This document shows, piece after piece, positions 23,508 through 24,734 of a stretch of DNA of 24,734 nt. The DNA is from a virus (lineage: Duplodnaviria > Caudoviricetes). The number at the start of each line of letters is the position of its first letter. The stretch's first letter is position 1. The notes beneath the pieces were generated by a model. It saw only the letters and a program-made list of their open reading frames with translations. It was not told the origin of the DNA and did not search any database. The stretch is taken from positions 1 through 24,734 of the IMG/VR virus record IMGVR_UViG_3300026085_000010; one strand, given 5' to 3'. Made by a program: the position numbers and the translations under genes.

Positions 23508-24734
23508 TGTATAGTCAAATAGATATATCCAAATTAAAACGACCAGGACAATATGCGTTAGGCGATATACAGTTGGTGTCATATTCATCAGCTGATGGTA
23601 GCGCAACACCTAAGCGTGTCAGTATAAAGACGCAAGTATTAGAAATTAATATACAAGAAAGTATTAATCACAAAACACTATCAGGAAGTATTGTCGTTGT
23701 AGATGCGCAGAACATACCTAATCATCTACCATTGACAGGACACGAAAGATTAGAATTTAAATTGTTTACGCCAGGAACAAGTCGTGGATTTGATTTTACA
23801 TCAGAGACTGGTAATCCTATGTACATATACAAGATTGAAGCAAGACAAGGCTTAGGTCCACGTGTACAAACTTATATACTACACTTCTGTTCAAAAGAAA
23901 TGATACGTAATGAATTAAAACGTGTCAATCAATCATTTGACGAGAATATAGACGATATGATATTGAGTATATTACGTACACAATTAGAGAGCAAAAAGAC
24001 TTTCTTTTTAGAACAAACACGTGACGCAAGAAAAATAGTGATGCCTAGAATGAGACCATTTGATTCAATACAATATCTATGTAACGAAGCACAATCAGGT
24101 AAGTTTGAGAGCGCAGGTATGTATTTTTACGAAACAGCGTTAGGATTTCATTTACGTAGTTTAGAGAGTTTATTAGCGATCACAGATGGCAGTGCTAGAC
24201 CTGTTGTTGCTAAATTCGTTGACAAACCAAAGAGTATAAAAGGTGGAACAGGTGAGAATGACATTATCAAAGATATGCAGATTGTTGATGGGTATAGTAT
24301 AGACAGTCAATTTGATACGTTACAGAACTTGCGTAATGGCGTCAATGGAAGTAAGTGTGTCATACACGATGCGCTGTATAAAACGTTTGATGAGTACGAG
24401 TTTGACTATCATAAGTTTTTTGAGAAGAGCTTTCACACAGAACACGATGGAGAAGGTGGCAAGACAAGTACAAAATCTATATTGCCATTGTACAATGACG
24501 GAACTGGACATATTTTAAGTGATTACAAAGACGGCAAAATCTATTATCAATCTACAACTTCTAATATACACAATGACCAAGACAGATTTAACATAGCGGA
24601 CATTATCACAAAAAGAGAGGCGCAAAAGAAAGCGTTTGAAAGTCAGAAAATATCACTACAATGTAGAGGATTTACAGGATTAAGCGCTGGTGACATTATA
24701 TCCTTTGAATTACCTGCGTATGAGCCAGTTGGAA
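23507..24734 (+). CDS. Baseplate hub-like tail protein (gp27-like), truncated by the window end; not in ORF track
   Basis: TAATG coupling; MYSQIDISKLKRPGQY...EINIQESI....LSG.I.VVD..N....LPLTG.E...P..RPFD.I..L...FYET..GF..RSLE; late L.AGD.I.F..P motif; follows gp53. Confidence 0.75.
   Translation, partial: MYSQIDISKLKRPGQYALGDIQLVSYSSADGSATPKRVSIKTQVLEINIQESINHKTLSGSIVVVDAQNIPNHLPLTGHERLEFKLFTPGTSRGFDFTSETGNPMYIYKIEARQGLGPRVQTYILHFCSKEMIRNELKRVNQSFDENIDDMILSILRTQLESKKTFFLEQTRDARKIVMPRMRPFDSIQYLCNEAQSGKFESAGMYFYETALGFHLRSLESLLAITDGSARPVVAKFVDKPKSIKGGTGENDIIKDMQIVDGYSIDSQFDTLQNLRNGVNGSKCVIHDALYKTFDEYEFDYHKFFEKSFHTEHDGEGGKTSTKSILPLYNDGTGHILSDYKDGKIYYQSTTSNIHNDQDRFNIADIITKREAQKKAFESQKISLQCRGFTGLSAGDIISFELPAYEPVG

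Overview
AT-rich (roughly 30% GC by eye), densely coding fragment of a T4-like myophage. An alphaproteobacterial-type permuted tmRNA and a SAM-II-like riboswitch point to a marine alphaproteobacterial host, most plausibly SAR11 (inference). Bases 1-12.4k are accessory and early genes: glutaredoxin, an asparagine-synthase-like PP-loop protein, RNase H, SprT-like protease, GH73 and M15 peptidoglycan hydrolases, DenV-like glycosylase, a PD-(D/E)xK exonuclease, and many small secreted or lipoproteins. Bases 12.6-17.0k are a replication block: thyX, gp33, gp59, two paralogous putative glycosyltransferases, gp32. Bases 17.1-24.7k are late tail/baseplate genes: gp2, gp54-like, gp26, gp51, tape-measure-like, gp4, gp48, gp53 and a truncated hub-like gene. 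The most notable signals are invisible in the ORF track: (1) a SAM-II-like riboswitch that would sequester the ribosome-binding site of a small secreted protein; (2) a two-piece permuted tmRNA with tag ANNLAMAA; (3) a slippery site plus pseudoknot predicting a -1 frameshift that fuses gp26 to gp51, like lambda G/GT; (4) a probable overprinted membrane-protein gene inside gp59; (5) repeated leaderless promoter-to-ATG spacing. All family assignments come from motif recognition by eye; no database searches were run.
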